DNA of 64,000 nt from Bacteroidales bacterium (GTDB taxonomy: Bacteria; Bacteroidota; Bacteroidia; Bacteroidales; FEN-979), in NCBI GenBank assembly GCA_025355465.1, contig JANXZO010000075.1:51564-115563 (forward strand). Direction: 5' to 3'. The notes below the pieces were generated by a model. The model searched no databases, was not told where the DNA came from, and worked only from the letters and a program-made list of their open reading frames with translations. Shown piece by piece: positions 17,974-27,664 of this stretch. A program made the translations under genes and the position numbers. Each line of letters opens with the position of its first letter. The stretch's first letter is position 1.

Positions 17974-19045
17974 ATGACTGCCACAACGCTATCTCCCTTT
18001 ACCAGTTCCAAATTCCGTTTCTGGGCTTTTATTTCCATGGTGTTACTCGTATTCGTTCACGGGTATATACCTCGGCGACCGTTACCTGCAACCCTGGACC
18101 CTTCCGGGTGAGCCCCTCTCCTTTACCGGATTTACTGAATATTACCTGGCGAATGGTCTCTTCAGGTTCAGGATTCCCATGCTTTTTATCATCTCGGGTT
18201 TCCTGTTTGCCATGCATGACGAAGTCCCCCGGAAAAAACGGATCGGGAAGCGATTCCGTACGCTGTTTTTGCCCTACCTGTTGTGGAGTGCCATCGGTTT
18301 CGGATTTACCTTCGCGCTGGAACTTACTGGCTGGGGCCGCGATCTGGTCTCCTCCTCGGGGGTTGTACAGATAGGTCCGGAACGCACCCTGCTGCCCGAC
18401 TACCATTGGTATGAGATGATCGCCCGGTGGCTGCTCTTCCCGGTGCCTTACCAGCTATGGTTCATCCGTGTCCTGTTTATTTATAACCTGGCCTATCCGC
18501 TCCTGAAATGGTGTGTAACCCATCGCATTGCCCGCTGATTCATTTTCGGCGTCGCGGTATTGATGTGGCTGGGCACCATGGGTTTCATATTTTTCGAGGG
18601 GGAGGGTCTGCTATTTTTCTCACTGGGTATATGGATGCAGAAACGGGGTTTCAACATCGACACACCCGGGCCATGGCTTCGGCCGCTGTGGTGGGGCCTT
18701 GCCTTTATATTCCTGGCAGCTGTTAAGACCTTCCTGGCTTTCAATGGAGCGTCAATGCTGGGTCAGGCTCTTGGCCCGGTCCCGCTGGTGCGATGGAGTA
18801 TGAACAGAACGTGGTTCGTGTGGATGAGCGCCTTCTCGTTTATCATCTATGCACTTCACACACCCCTTCTGGCCTATGTCATCAACCCGGCGCTCTCGCT
18901 GGGCGCGGGAATTCCCGGTTTTCAGCTGCTTACGTTCTTCTGGCTCCCGGTCACCGTCATCATCTTCTGCATTCTCACCGGCGCACTCCTTCGTGCCGTG
19001 GCGCCCAAAGTTTACGGGCTCCTCACCGGGGGGCGGGGGATGTAA
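17974..19045 (+). pseudogene. Acyltransferase-3 family (membrane O-acyltransferase) gene disrupted by a frameshift and an in-frame TGA
   Basis: Three collinear pieces. Frame 1 from ATG 17974 (..FWAFISMVLLVFVHGY) shifts near 18062-18072 to frame 2 (..LGDRYLQPW..FRFRIPMLFIISGFLFAMHDE). An in-frame TGA occurs at 18536-18538. The same frame then continues to 19045 with multi-TM sequence. Confidence 0.7.
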
Positions 19046-19080
19046 CAGGTTCCTGTTCCGGGAACGGAAGAATACCGGCG

Positions 19081-21891
19081 TTACGGCCGCATAATCACCT
19101 CGATGACATTGCCTTGTCCCAGGGCTTTTTTGGCATATTCGTGCACCGACTTGGTTGTCAGGTCTTTTACCTTCTCCTCAAAACCGGTCAGATAATCAAG
19201 GTGGTACAGGTAATAATCAGACAGCGTAACGTTCCACCAGTTATTTTCCTTCATGTCCTCCTGCCGTTGTTTCAGGAAATATTCCCTGGCTTTCTGCAGG
19301 TCCGCTTCAGAAGGGCCATTGGCGATCATGTTTGCAATCTCCTTATGAACGATGCTCACGAGTTTGTCGGCTTTGAGGGGATCGGTGTCGAAACCAACGT
19401 TCAGCATGAAGCCGGGTTCGGGGTATTTGTTCACGTTGTAGGAGACACGAACGCTGTAGGTGCCTCCTTCATCTTCGCGGATTGCCTGAACATATCTCAG
19501 CTCAAGCACATGGCGGATGGCGGCGCCAAAAAGACGATCGTCGGCAGTGAACCCGCAGCTGCCATTGTAGTTTACAAACACCGAAGTACGGGGGGTCTTG
19601 TTTTCCCGCCTGAAGTCGTTTGCCACACGACCTTTCGGTGTGCGAACGCCGTCATCCCGGTAACCATCCATCCGTTTCACCGTGGGCAGTGAAGCGAGGT
19701 ACTTTTCAAGCAGGGGCTTTGCCTTTGCGGGATCGATTTTACCGACGAACTGAAAGGTGAAGTTCCCCGGATCAGAAAACCGCGATTTATACACCGAATG
19801 CAGTTTTTCAAAGGTCACTTCGTTCAATAGCTGATAGCTCATGGGTGTGCGGCGCGGATTGTGGTTGGAAACCATCACCGAGATGGTATCGTTGAAGGCA
19901 CTGCGCGGGTCGGAAGAGAAGTTGATGTAATACGCCTTTAACTTCTCCATCCAGGTGTTGAAATCGGTCTGACTCCAGCGTGGACTGGTGAAGGTGAGAT
20001 AGATCATTTGCAGTGCGGTTTCGAGATCCTTGGGCGAGGTGCGCGAATTGACCATCTCCTGGTCGTCGGAAACGCCCAGCGAAGTCTGTACGCGTTTGCC
20101 TGCCAGCAGCTTGTTCAGGTCGGTGCGGGAATAGCTGCCGATCCCCATTTGTGACAAAGCATCGCCGAGGAAGCCGGCAGTGCGTACTTCATCGTCGGGA
20201 AGCATAGAGGTTCCGCCGGCAGAAAATCCCCGGATGATCAGTTCGTCCTCCTTGATGTCGGTGGGTTTAAATACCACCTTCATGCCATTGGAAAGGGTCC
20301 AGATGGTTCCGAAAGGTGTATTTTCAGCAACGCTCACCACCTTCCCGGGAACAGGTTCCTTCTCCATCAGCTTCTTACCTGCCATGGCATCCACATAAGG
20401 GCCGATTTTGGCGCTGCGGCACGATACCAGCAAAGCAGTGATCTCCTTTTCGCCCGGAATGGTGATACCCTCCTTTTCGGGTCCGGTAACGGTGACAATC
20501 ATGTTATCGTCGCGAACAAAGCCACGGGCCATCTTATTCACCTCATCCAGGGTGATGCCGGGCATCTCTGTCCTGGTAAAATTATATTCGTATTCGATGC
20601 CCGGATTGGGGTTGTTGGTCAGGAAGTTGGATACATTGGGATAGACCAGTTCCCTGTTTTTGCGTTTGTCGCGGTCCATATACCGTGATTCATAATTGCG
20701 CAGGATATTGGCCTTGGCCCGGTCGAATTCACCAGGTGTAAAACCATACTGCTTCAACCGTTCCATCTCTGTAACCAGGGCGGTAAGCGCTTTGATCCCC
20801 TGGTTGTTAGCGGCCTGGGCCATGCCTGAAAAGGCATCCTTGGTACGCGTAAAACCGCCATAAGAGCTGTAAGCCATGAGGAACGGGGGATTTTCGGTGC
20901 GGGCGATCTCCTGCATCCGCTGGCCGAACATGGCGTTGATCAGCATCCTCTCGAGCTGAATGCGCATGTAGCCGAGGTTCTTGTCCTTTTCCGGGATGGC
21001 GTCGTGTTTGTAACTCACATCAACCATGGTCGAGGTAGCCTCCTTGTCCGTAGCGGTGCCAATCAGCGGTTCCTTGTTGTCGGGCACGGCATACTCCTCC
21101 TTGGCGGTCGGGTTCTTTACCGAGGGAATGGTGTTGAAGAGCTTTTTGATCTTGGCTTCCATCACATTTTCGTCGAAATCGCCCACCACAATGATGGCCT
21201 GAAGGTCGGGCCGGTACCATTTCTTGTAGAAGTTTGTGATGGTCTCCTGTTTAAAGTGATTGATGACGGCGGTATCGCCGATCACATTGCGTTTGGCATA
21301 CTTAGACCCCTTGTAAATGATGGGCGCCAGCTGGTTGTCCATGCGCTCCCCGGCCGAACCATACATGCGCCACTCCTCGCGGATCACCCCCCGTTCGAGG
21401 TCCACCTCCGAAGGTACAAAAGAGATGTAGCTCGACCAGTCGTGAAGGATCAGCAGGGCCGAGTCAATGATCCCTTCACGCAAAAGAGGCACATTGGAGA
21501 GGTTGTATACAGTTTGTTCAACGCCGGTGCCTGCATTTACATTGGTGCCAAATTTCACGCCGATGGTGGCGAGGTAATCGAGCAGGGTCTTTTTCGGGTA
21601 GTTTTCGGTTCCGTTGAAGGCCATGTGCTCAGTGAAATGAGCCAACCCGTTCTGGTCATCGTCCTCGAGGATGGCACCCACGTTGTGGGCAATGTAGAAC
21701 TCTCCCCGTTTTTCGGGCAGCTTGTTCGACCGGATGTAATAATGCATGCCGTTCTCAAGGACTCCGGTACGCACTTTGGGGTCGAGGGGCGGCATCTGCT
21801 TCAGGTCGTAGGTTGTCTGGGCAGTTACAAATCCTGCCATGATCACGGTCAGGAGGAGGGCGGAGAGGGTCCGCAGGAGATGGGTTTTCAT
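19081..21891 (-). CDS. M16 (insulinase/pitrilysin) family zinc peptidase, secreted
   Basis: Signal peptide present, inverted zinc motif HFTEH, 936 aa with duplicated M16 halves. Confidence 0.9.
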   Translation of the reverse strand: MKTHLLRTLSALLLTVIMAGFVTAQTTYDLKQMPPLDPKVRTGVLENGMHYYIRSNKLPEKRGEFYIAHNVGAILEDDDQNGLAHFTEHMAFNGTENYPKKTLLDYLATIGVKFGTNVNAGTGVEQTVYNLSNVPLLREGIIDSALLILHDWSSYISFVPSEVDLERGVIREEWRMYGSAGERMDNQLAPIIYKGSKYAKRNVIGDTAVINHFKQETITNFYKKWYRPDLQAIIVVGDFDENVMEAKIKKLFNTIPSVKNPTAKEEYAVPDNKEPLIGTATDKEATSTMVDVSYKHDAIPEKDKNLGYMRIQLERMLINAMFGQRMQEIARTENPPFLMAYSSYGGFTRTKDAFSGMAQAANNQGIKALTALVTEMERLKQYGFTPGEFDRAKANILRNYESRYMDRDKRKNRELVYPNVSNFLTNNPNPGIEYEYNFTRTEMPGITLDEVNKMARGFVRDDNMIVTVTGPEKEGITIPGEKEITALLVSCRSAKIGPYVDAMAGKKLMEKEPVPGKVVSVAENTPFGTIWTLSNGMKVVFKPTDIKEDELIIRGFSAGGTSMLPDDEVRTAGFLGDALSQMGIGSYSRTDLNKLLAGKRVQTSLGVSDDQEMVNSRTSPKDLETALQMIYLTFTSPRWSQTDFNTWMEKLKAYYINFSSDPRSAFNDTISVMVSNHNPRRTPMSYQLLNEVTFEKLHSVYKSRFSDPGNFTFQFVGKIDPAKAKPLLEKYLASLPTVKRMDGYRDDGVRTPKGRVANDFRRENKTPRTSVFVNYNGSCGFTADDRLFGAAIRHVLELRYVQAIREDEGGTYSVRVSYNVNKYPEPGFMLNVGFDTDPLKADKLVSIVHKEIANMIANGPSEADLQKAREYFLKQRQEDMKENNWWNVTLSDYYLYHLDYLTGFEEKVKDLTTKSVHEYAKKALGQGNVIEVIMRP

Positions 21892-21917
21892 AAAGGGAAG
21901 GGTTAGGAATGAATTTA

Positions 21918-23507
21918 TTACCGGTATAAATAACGTTTGATGCTTCTCTTGGGTGTCTTTTCAAATTCAGCCGGGGTGATCTCAAAACCGGCAATGTTGA
22001 TATATTTTGGCAGGCGGTGGTTCAGGTCGTGGATATAGCCCTTAAAGATGGTATCGAGCTCCTCCCGGGTGTGACCGGCCTTTTCCACGGCGTCGTAGTC
22101 GGGACAGATCAGCGCGAGGAGTTTTTCATCACGTTCAATGATCAACGATTCCATCACCATAAAGCGGTTGTTCAGCACCGATTCTATCTCTTCAGGATAG
22201 ATGTTCTTTCCCGACGGGCCCAGGATCATATTCTTACTTCGTCCTTTGATGTAGATGTTCCCATCCCTGTCGATCACCCCGAGGTCGCCGGAATGAAGCC
22301 AGCCATCACTGTCGATGACCGCACGGGTTGCCTCTTCGTTTTTGTAGTAACCCAGCATCACATGGTTTCCGCGCATGAGGATCTCACCGGCCACATGCTG
22401 CGGGTCGGCTGAGTCGATCCGCACTTCCAGTTCATCCACGGCACGTCCGGAGGCGCCAAGCCGGGTCGTCTTCCAGGAGGCATAGGAGATGAGCGGACCG
22501 CATTCCGTCATGCCATAGCCCACGGTGAAAGGGAAGCCCATCTTCTTGAAAAACTGTTCGGCCTGTGTGTTGAAAGGAGCGCCGCCAATGACCAGCTCCC
22601 GGAAGTTTCCGCCAAAAACGGCGATCATTTTATCGCGGATCTTTTTGTACAACAGCAAATTCACGCCCGGAATGGCAAGGAGGATGCGCATCTGCGGCTT
22701 CCTGATCACCGGCAGCAACTGGGTCTTGTAGATCTTCTCGATCACCAGGGGCACCGACAGGATGAGGGCCGGCCGGATCTCCTGGAAGGCCTGCATGATG
22801 ATTTTCGGCGAAGGCGTTTTGGTAAGAAAGGTGATGTCGCACCCCAGGGTGAATGGGAAGAGGAATTCGAAGGCACAACCATAGGTATGGGCCAGCGGCA
22901 GGAATGAGAGTATTTTATCCCCCGGGTTGAGCGGCATATTCCGGTGGGCGTAAAGGATATTTCCCAGTAAACTCTTGTGCTGCAGCATCACCCCCTTCGA
23001 AAATCCTGTGGTCCCCGAGGTATAACTGATCACGGCCAGATCCGGCAAATTTGCATCCTGCCTCCGTGTTCCTGCCTCCGTGTTCCTGCTGAAGAGCTCC
23101 TCAAACCCGGGAATCCTCAGCACCTTCTGAACCAGCGGCATCTCAGCAGGGGTGAGTTCGGCGAAGATGCTCTCTTCAACGAAAAGCATCACCGATTCGG
23201 AATGCGTCACAATATAATGTACGTCGGCTGGTTTGAAATCGGGAAGGATGGGTACGATCACCGCGCCATAGGTAACCGTGGCCAGGTAGATGATACCCCA
23301 GTTGGCTGAATTCTTCCCCAACAGGGCGATTTTATCGCCTTTGCTGATTCCGGACTTACTGAAAATGTTGTGAATGGTGCGAATTCGCGCACCCACTTCG
23401 TCAAAGGTGAAACTCTCACCACCGTAGTCGGTAAGAGCCCGTTTATCGCTGTTCTCAATGATGGCATTCTCAAAAAGTGCAACCAGATTTTCAGTGTTGG
23501 AAATCAT
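21918..23507 (-). CDS. AMP-dependent synthetase/ligase (long-chain acyl-CoA synthetase-like)
   Basis: AMP-binding motif YTSGTTGFSKGV, plus GYGMTE and later GWLHSGDLG motifs. 529 aa. Confidence 0.88.
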   Translation of the reverse strand: MISNTENLVALFENAIIENSDKRALTDYGGESFTFDEVGARIRTIHNIFSKSGISKGDKIALLGKNSANWGIIYLATVTYGAVIVPILPDFKPADVHYIVTHSESVMLFVEESIFAELTPAEMPLVQKVLRIPGFEELFSRNTEAGTRRQDANLPDLAVISYTSGTTGFSKGVMLQHKSLLGNILYAHRNMPLNPGDKILSFLPLAHTYGCAFEFLFPFTLGCDITFLTKTPSPKIIMQAFQEIRPALILSVPLVIEKIYKTQLLPVIRKPQMRILLAIPGVNLLLYKKIRDKMIAVFGGNFRELVIGGAPFNTQAEQFFKKMGFPFTVGYGMTECGPLISYASWKTTRLGASGRAVDELEVRIDSADPQHVAGEILMRGNHVMLGYYKNEEATRAVIDSDGWLHSGDLGVIDRDGNIYIKGRSKNMILGPSGKNIYPEEIESVLNNRFMVMESLIIERDEKLLALICPDYDAVEKAGHTREELDTIFKGYIHDLNHRLPKYINIAGFEITPAEFEKTPKRSIKRYLYR

Positions 23508-23583
23508 GCAGTCAGGGATTTGGGTGCACTAATGTAGTAACAATTTCCCAAAAGAAACAATGAAACGGAGAAATCAGCGCAAT

Positions 23584-24645
23584 TCACTTCCGGAAATAGT
23601 CGACCGTCATTTGAAATGCCGCTTCTTTGCTGTATTTTGGAATAAATCCGAAATCTCTTTCCGCCTTGTTAGTGTTAAAGGTGAAGTCGCTGCAGGTATA
23701 CATCACGGCAAACCGGCTGAATTTGGGGTTGTACTTTTTGACCGGACGGATCAGGAGGGCAAATAATTCGGCCATGGCTCCCATGGCGTAGGCGATGGGG
23801 CGCGGTATCCAGACATTCGCGGGCCGGATCCGGTAACCGGCGCCTTCTACGATGGCGTCAAAAAACCTGAAGAAGTTGGACGGGGGGCCGTCGCTGATGA
23901 AATAGGGCTGGCCGGCAACGGCAGGATTTCCGTTGCGCAGTGCTGCGGCGGCCTCGGCATGGGCCCGTGCGATGTTCCCCACGAAAACGTGCTGTGATTT
24001 TGCACTTCCGTCGCCGAGCCTTACATAGAAGCCACCCCGCGCCATGTTGATCAGCGACCCGATATGAAACGGATCGGCGGGACCATAAACATCGGCCGGC
24101 CGTAACACGCAGGTGGTAAAAATGGCCCCATATCCTGGCATCTTCGTGTTGTTGGCCTCCAGAACCAGTTTTTCGGCGAGACACTTCGACCGGCAGTACA
24201 TATTCGGATGTTCCGCCGGGTAGGGGAGGCTCTCGTCAATATCAACCAGGGGTTTTCCGCCATAGATGGCATCGAGGGAGCTGGTATAAACCAGGTGTTT
24301 CACACCGCGCTGCAGACAGGCGTTTACCATGTTCTCCGTGCCAGTGAAATTTACAGCGCAGACTTCCGCCTCCGGCTTGGTTCCCCAGTCTACGATGGCA
24401 GCCGAGTGGATCACCAGATCGATCCCTTCGCAGGCAAGTAACATGGCAGCGGTGTCGCGGATATCAGCGGTGATTATCTCAAGGCGCGGATCGGTAGGGC
24501 CTTGATACGGCGCCACGTCGAGAAGCCGGAGCCGCGAGAAGGCAATCGGGGAGTCGGCTGCCAGGAGCTCTTTTACGATGGCATTGCCGATGAAGCCGGA
24601 AGCGCCGGTAAGCAGAATAGAGCAGGGAGGTTTTGGGTCATTCAT
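23584..24645 (-). CDS. NAD-dependent epimerase/dehydratase (3-beta-HSD-like SDR)
   Basis: Rossmann motif TGASGFIGN and catalytic YxxxK (YCRSK). 353 aa. Confidence 0.85.
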   Translation of the reverse strand: MNDPKPPCSILLTGASGFIGNAIVKELLAADSPIAFSRLRLLDVAPYQGPTDPRLEIITADIRDTAAMLLACEGIDLVIHSAAIVDWGTKPEAEVCAVNFTGTENMVNACLQRGVKHLVYTSSLDAIYGGKPLVDIDESLPYPAEHPNMYCRSKCLAEKLVLEANNTKMPGYGAIFTTCVLRPADVYGPADPFHIGSLINMARGGFYVRLGDGSAKSQHVFVGNIARAHAEAAAALRNGNPAVAGQPYFISDGPPSNFFRFFDAIVEGAGYRIRPANVWIPRPIAYAMGAMAELFALLIRPVKKYNPKFSRFAVMYTCSDFTFNTNKAERDFGFIPKYSKEAAFQMTVDYFRK

Positions 24646-24712
24646 GACATACTTTGTTCAGAATATTTTGGAGCCGCTAAAATGCTGATAATTTTCGATA
24701 AATTTGACCCCG

Positions 24713-25390
24713 ATGAAAAAAGAGATCTATCTGATCGGCGGAACCGGCACCGAGACCTATCCGGAATTTCACAAACGGATTCTGGCAGCCGCAGAAGCGG
24801 CAATCGTTGAATACAGTCCCGAAAAGCTCTGGCTGACCCTTACCATGGAACCGCCGCCACGGTTGTCGGTCATCCCTTTCAGACGACAGAAAACAGCCGC
24901 CATCTCGGTCATCCGTAAAGACGAGGAAACGACAAAAATGGAACTACTGACGCAGCTTTCCGGCTTCCGGTCGGCCACCACGGTGGAGGAGGCAATACCG
25001 GTAAGCTACAGCAAAAGCTGGAAGAACGGCACCCTCACGCCCGGCATCTGCCTGCTGACCCTTTTCAGGCAAAAACAGGGACTTCCACGGGAAACATTCC
25101 TCGACAGGTGGCACAACAGCCACACCCCGCTGTCGCTGAGAATTCACCCATTGTGGCATTACAACCGCAATGTGGTGACCGTAAGGTTTGGTGCCGCCGA
25201 ACCCGCCTGGGACGGCATTGTAGAGGAGCATTTCCGCACCCGCGCCGACCTCCTCAACCCTTTTCTTTTTTTTGGAAACCCGCTGGTGATCATTCAGCAC
25301 ATGATGGAGGTCTACAGAGATACCAATTCGTTCCTCGACTACAAAACCATTGAGCCCTACCTCGTCCGGGAGTACCACCTGAAATCGTAG
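24713..25390 (+). CDS. Hypothetical protein (possibly an EthD-like C-terminal domain)
   Basis: ATG at 24713 (MKKEIYLIGG; the listed start is a TTG). The coding-looking ORF is more protein-like than the long antisense ORF. Function not recognisable by eye. Confidence 0.45.
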   Translation: MKKEIYLIGGTGTETYPEFHKRILAAAEAAIVEYSPEKLWLTLTMEPPPRLSVIPFRRQKTAAISVIRKDEETTKMELLTQLSGFRSATTVEEAIPVSYSKSWKNGTLTPGICLLTLFRQKQGLPRETFLDRWHNSHTPLSLRIHPLWHYNRNVVTVRFGAAEPAWDGIVEEHFRTRADLLNPFLFFGNPLVIIQHMMEVYRDTNSFLDYKTIEPYLVREYHLKS

Positions 25391-25457
25391 AATCCAACAG
25401 ATCCTCACCGTCCGGGAGCTTCTGCGGGGAGATCCGCAAACAGAAAGGAGAAAAGCC

Positions 25458-25972
25458 ATGATGACAAAAAAATTCCTGCTCCTCTTGATCGCCTTCCGGC
25501 GTCTGCCGGCAATCAGGACTCCTCCTCCTTTCATGTCGCCAGACAGCTTGGCAACTGTTACAATGAGCTCCGGCGCTCCGACTCGGCCATCCGCTTCTAC
25601 AGAAGGGCGCTCAGGATCACCCCTTTCGACCCGAATGTGACCGGGAAGCTGATCAATGTGCTCATTCGTGATGAACAGATATCCATGGCACTTTACTGGT
25701 CGCAGGTATACCTGCAGCATGACTCAGCCTGGATCCCCATTCTGAAGAGGGCTCTGGAGGCTAATCCTGCAAACAACCGGATCCGCTTTAAGATGGCCTA
25801 CCAGTATGACATTTACCTTCGGAAACCCTTCGAAGCCCTGCCCTGGTACCGCGAATTCCTCAAATATCTCACCCCGGAAACGGAGAAACTGTACTACTCC
25901 GCCCTACAGGTTCCCTACAGTGAGTATGCAAAGAACAGAATAAAAGAAATTTCGGGGAACCGGAACAAATAA
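25458..25972 (+). pseudogene. Secreted TPR-like protein, apparently frameshifted near its 5' end
   Basis: ATG 25458 gives a signal-like MMTKKFLLLLIAF. The TPR-like sequence (ARQLGNCYNELRRSDSAIRFYRRALRITPFDPN...) runs in a different frame from about 25500-25530 to 25972, with no start codon of its own. Confidence 0.45.
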
Positions 25973-26044
25973 TCCTTATTTTTACCGATTCAAAATAAAG
26001 AGGTGGCAATTGAGTCGCGAAGCGGTAGAAACAACAAATTATTC

Positions 26045-27664
26045 ATGGAAAACAGACGATTTAACCCTTACCTGCCCATCTGGTTCGCCCTGGTTCTGGT
26101 GGGGGGTGTAGTGCTTGGAATCTTTCTCGGGATGCGCTCAGGCAGCATCATGCCTTTCAAAAAAATTGGAGGCAAGGTGAATGAGGTGATCGACTATGTT
26201 CACAGCAACTATGTTGACACGCTCAGCACGAAGGCGGTGGAAGAGAAAGCCATCACCGGAATGCTCGAAAAGCTGGATCCCCATTCGGTTTACATCTCGG
26301 CCGATGAATTTCACAAGGCCAACGACCCGCTGCTGGGTAGTTTTGAAGGGATTGGCGTACAGTTCCGCCTCGAAAACGATACGGTGGTCGTCATCACGCC
26401 GGTTTCCGGCGGCCCCAGCGAAAAACTGGGCATCCGCGCCGGCGACAGGATCGTAATTGTCGACGGCAAAAAGATCGCCGGCATCAAGATCACCAACAAC
26501 GATGTGATGCGAAAACTCAAAGGGCCCAAAGGCACTGAAGTGAAGGTGAAGATCTTCCGGCGCGGTGTGGCCGGTCTGCTCGATTTCACCATCGAACGCG
26601 ATGTGATCCCCACCTACAGCATGGATGTGGCATACATGGTAGAGCCCGGAGTCGGATACATCCGGCTCAATAATTTCTCCGCCACTACCCATGAAGAGGT
26701 GCACCATGCGCTTCAAACCCTCATCCGGTCCGGCATGAAGAAACTGATCCTCGACCTGCGCGGGAATGGCGGCGGATACCTGAATGCAGCCATCGAGGTG
26801 GCCGATGAGTTCCTGCCCGCCGGCACGCTGATCGTTTACACGCAAGGGATGCACCATGCCCGGGAGGTGGCCAATGCCACGAGCCAGGGCCTCTTCGAAA
26901 AAGGAGAGCTGGTCGTGATGGTCGATGAATGGTCGGCTTCCGCCTCCGAGATCGTGGCAGGCGCCATTCAGGACAACGACCGCGGGACCATTCTTGGACG
27001 TCGCTCTTTTGGGAAAGGACTCGTGCAGGAGCAGCTGAACTTCAAAGACGGGAGTGCGGTACGGCTTACCGTTGCCAGATATTACACCCCTACCGGCCGG
27101 TGTATCCAGAAATCCTATAAGGACGGAGCGGAGGTGTACAACAGCGATTATATACATCGTTACATGAAGGGAGAGCTGGAGCACCCCGACAGCATCAAAT
27201 TTGCCGACTCACTGAAATTCCGCACCCCGAAAGGGAAAACGGTGTATGGCGGCGGCGGCATCATGCCCGATGTTTACATCCCGCTCGAAAAGGACTCTGC
27301 CCTTATCTATTACAACCTCTCTGTGAACAAAGGACTTCTTTACCAATGGGCCTTCGATTATACCGACCGCAACCGGCCGCAGCTGCAGCGTTTCAACGAC
27401 GTTGACAAGTTCGACCGGGGCTTCTTCATCACCGATGCCATGTACCAGGATTACATCCGGTACGCCGCCGGCAAAGGCGTGAAGCACGAAGGGAAAGGGC
27501 TGGCCAAATCAGATCAGCACTGCAAAGTGATGCTGAAGGCCTACATTGGCCGCAACCTGCTCGACAACGAAGGTTTTTACCCCATCATGAACACCATCGA
27601 TCCGGCTTTCAACAAAGCCGTCGAAACCATCAAATTAACTAACCTTAAAGCCCAAATACCATGA
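26045..27664 (+). CDS. S41 family C-terminal processing (tail-specific) peptidase
   Basis: TM/signal anchor, PDZ region, S41 motifs (DLRGNGGGYL, WSASASEIVAGA, GRRSFGKGLVQ). ATG at 26045. Confidence 0.9.
   Translation: MENRRFNPYLPIWFALVLVGGVVLGIFLGMRSGSIMPFKKIGGKVNEVIDYVHSNYVDTLSTKAVEEKAITGMLEKLDPHSVYISADEFHKANDPLLGSFEGIGVQFRLENDTVVVITPVSGGPSEKLGIRAGDRIVIVDGKKIAGIKITNNDVMRKLKGPKGTEVKVKIFRRGVAGLLDFTIERDVIPTYSMDVAYMVEPGVGYIRLNNFSATTHEEVHHALQTLIRSGMKKLILDLRGNGGGYLNAAIEVADEFLPAGTLIVYTQGMHHAREVANATSQGLFEKGELVVMVDEWSASASEIVAGAIQDNDRGTILGRRSFGKGLVQEQLNFKDGSAVRLTVARYYTPTGRCIQKSYKDGAEVYNSDYIHRYMKGELEHPDSIKFADSLKFRTPKGKTVYGGGGIMPDVYIPLEKDSALIYYNLSVNKGLLYQWAFDYTDRNRPQLQRFNDVDKFDRGFFITDAMYQDYIRYAAGKGVKHEGKGLAKSDQHCKVMLKAYIGRNLLDNEGFYPIMNTIDPAFNKAVETIKLTNLKAQIP

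Noticed and set aside
18536-18538. In-frame TGA in the acyltransferase, considered as selenocysteine or stop-codon recoding.
   Set aside because: TGA is used as a normal stop by neighbouring genes (for example at 9588-9590 and 4915-4917). I noticed no SECIS-like hairpin. The same gene also has a frameshift, so decay is the simpler explanation.
18793-21906. Plus-strand ORFs of ~300 aa at 18793-19692 and 21004-21906.
   Set aside because: They are antisense to the M16 peptidase (HFTEH motif, signal peptide). The first also overlaps the acyltransferase pseudogene's 3' end. No motifs were seen.
24944-27184. Minus-strand ORFs at 24944-25720 (258 aa) and 26138-27184 (348 aa).
   Set aside because: They are antisense to the hypothetical/TPR genes and to the S41 peptidase. 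Their composition is G/R/V/H-rich and non-protein-like.
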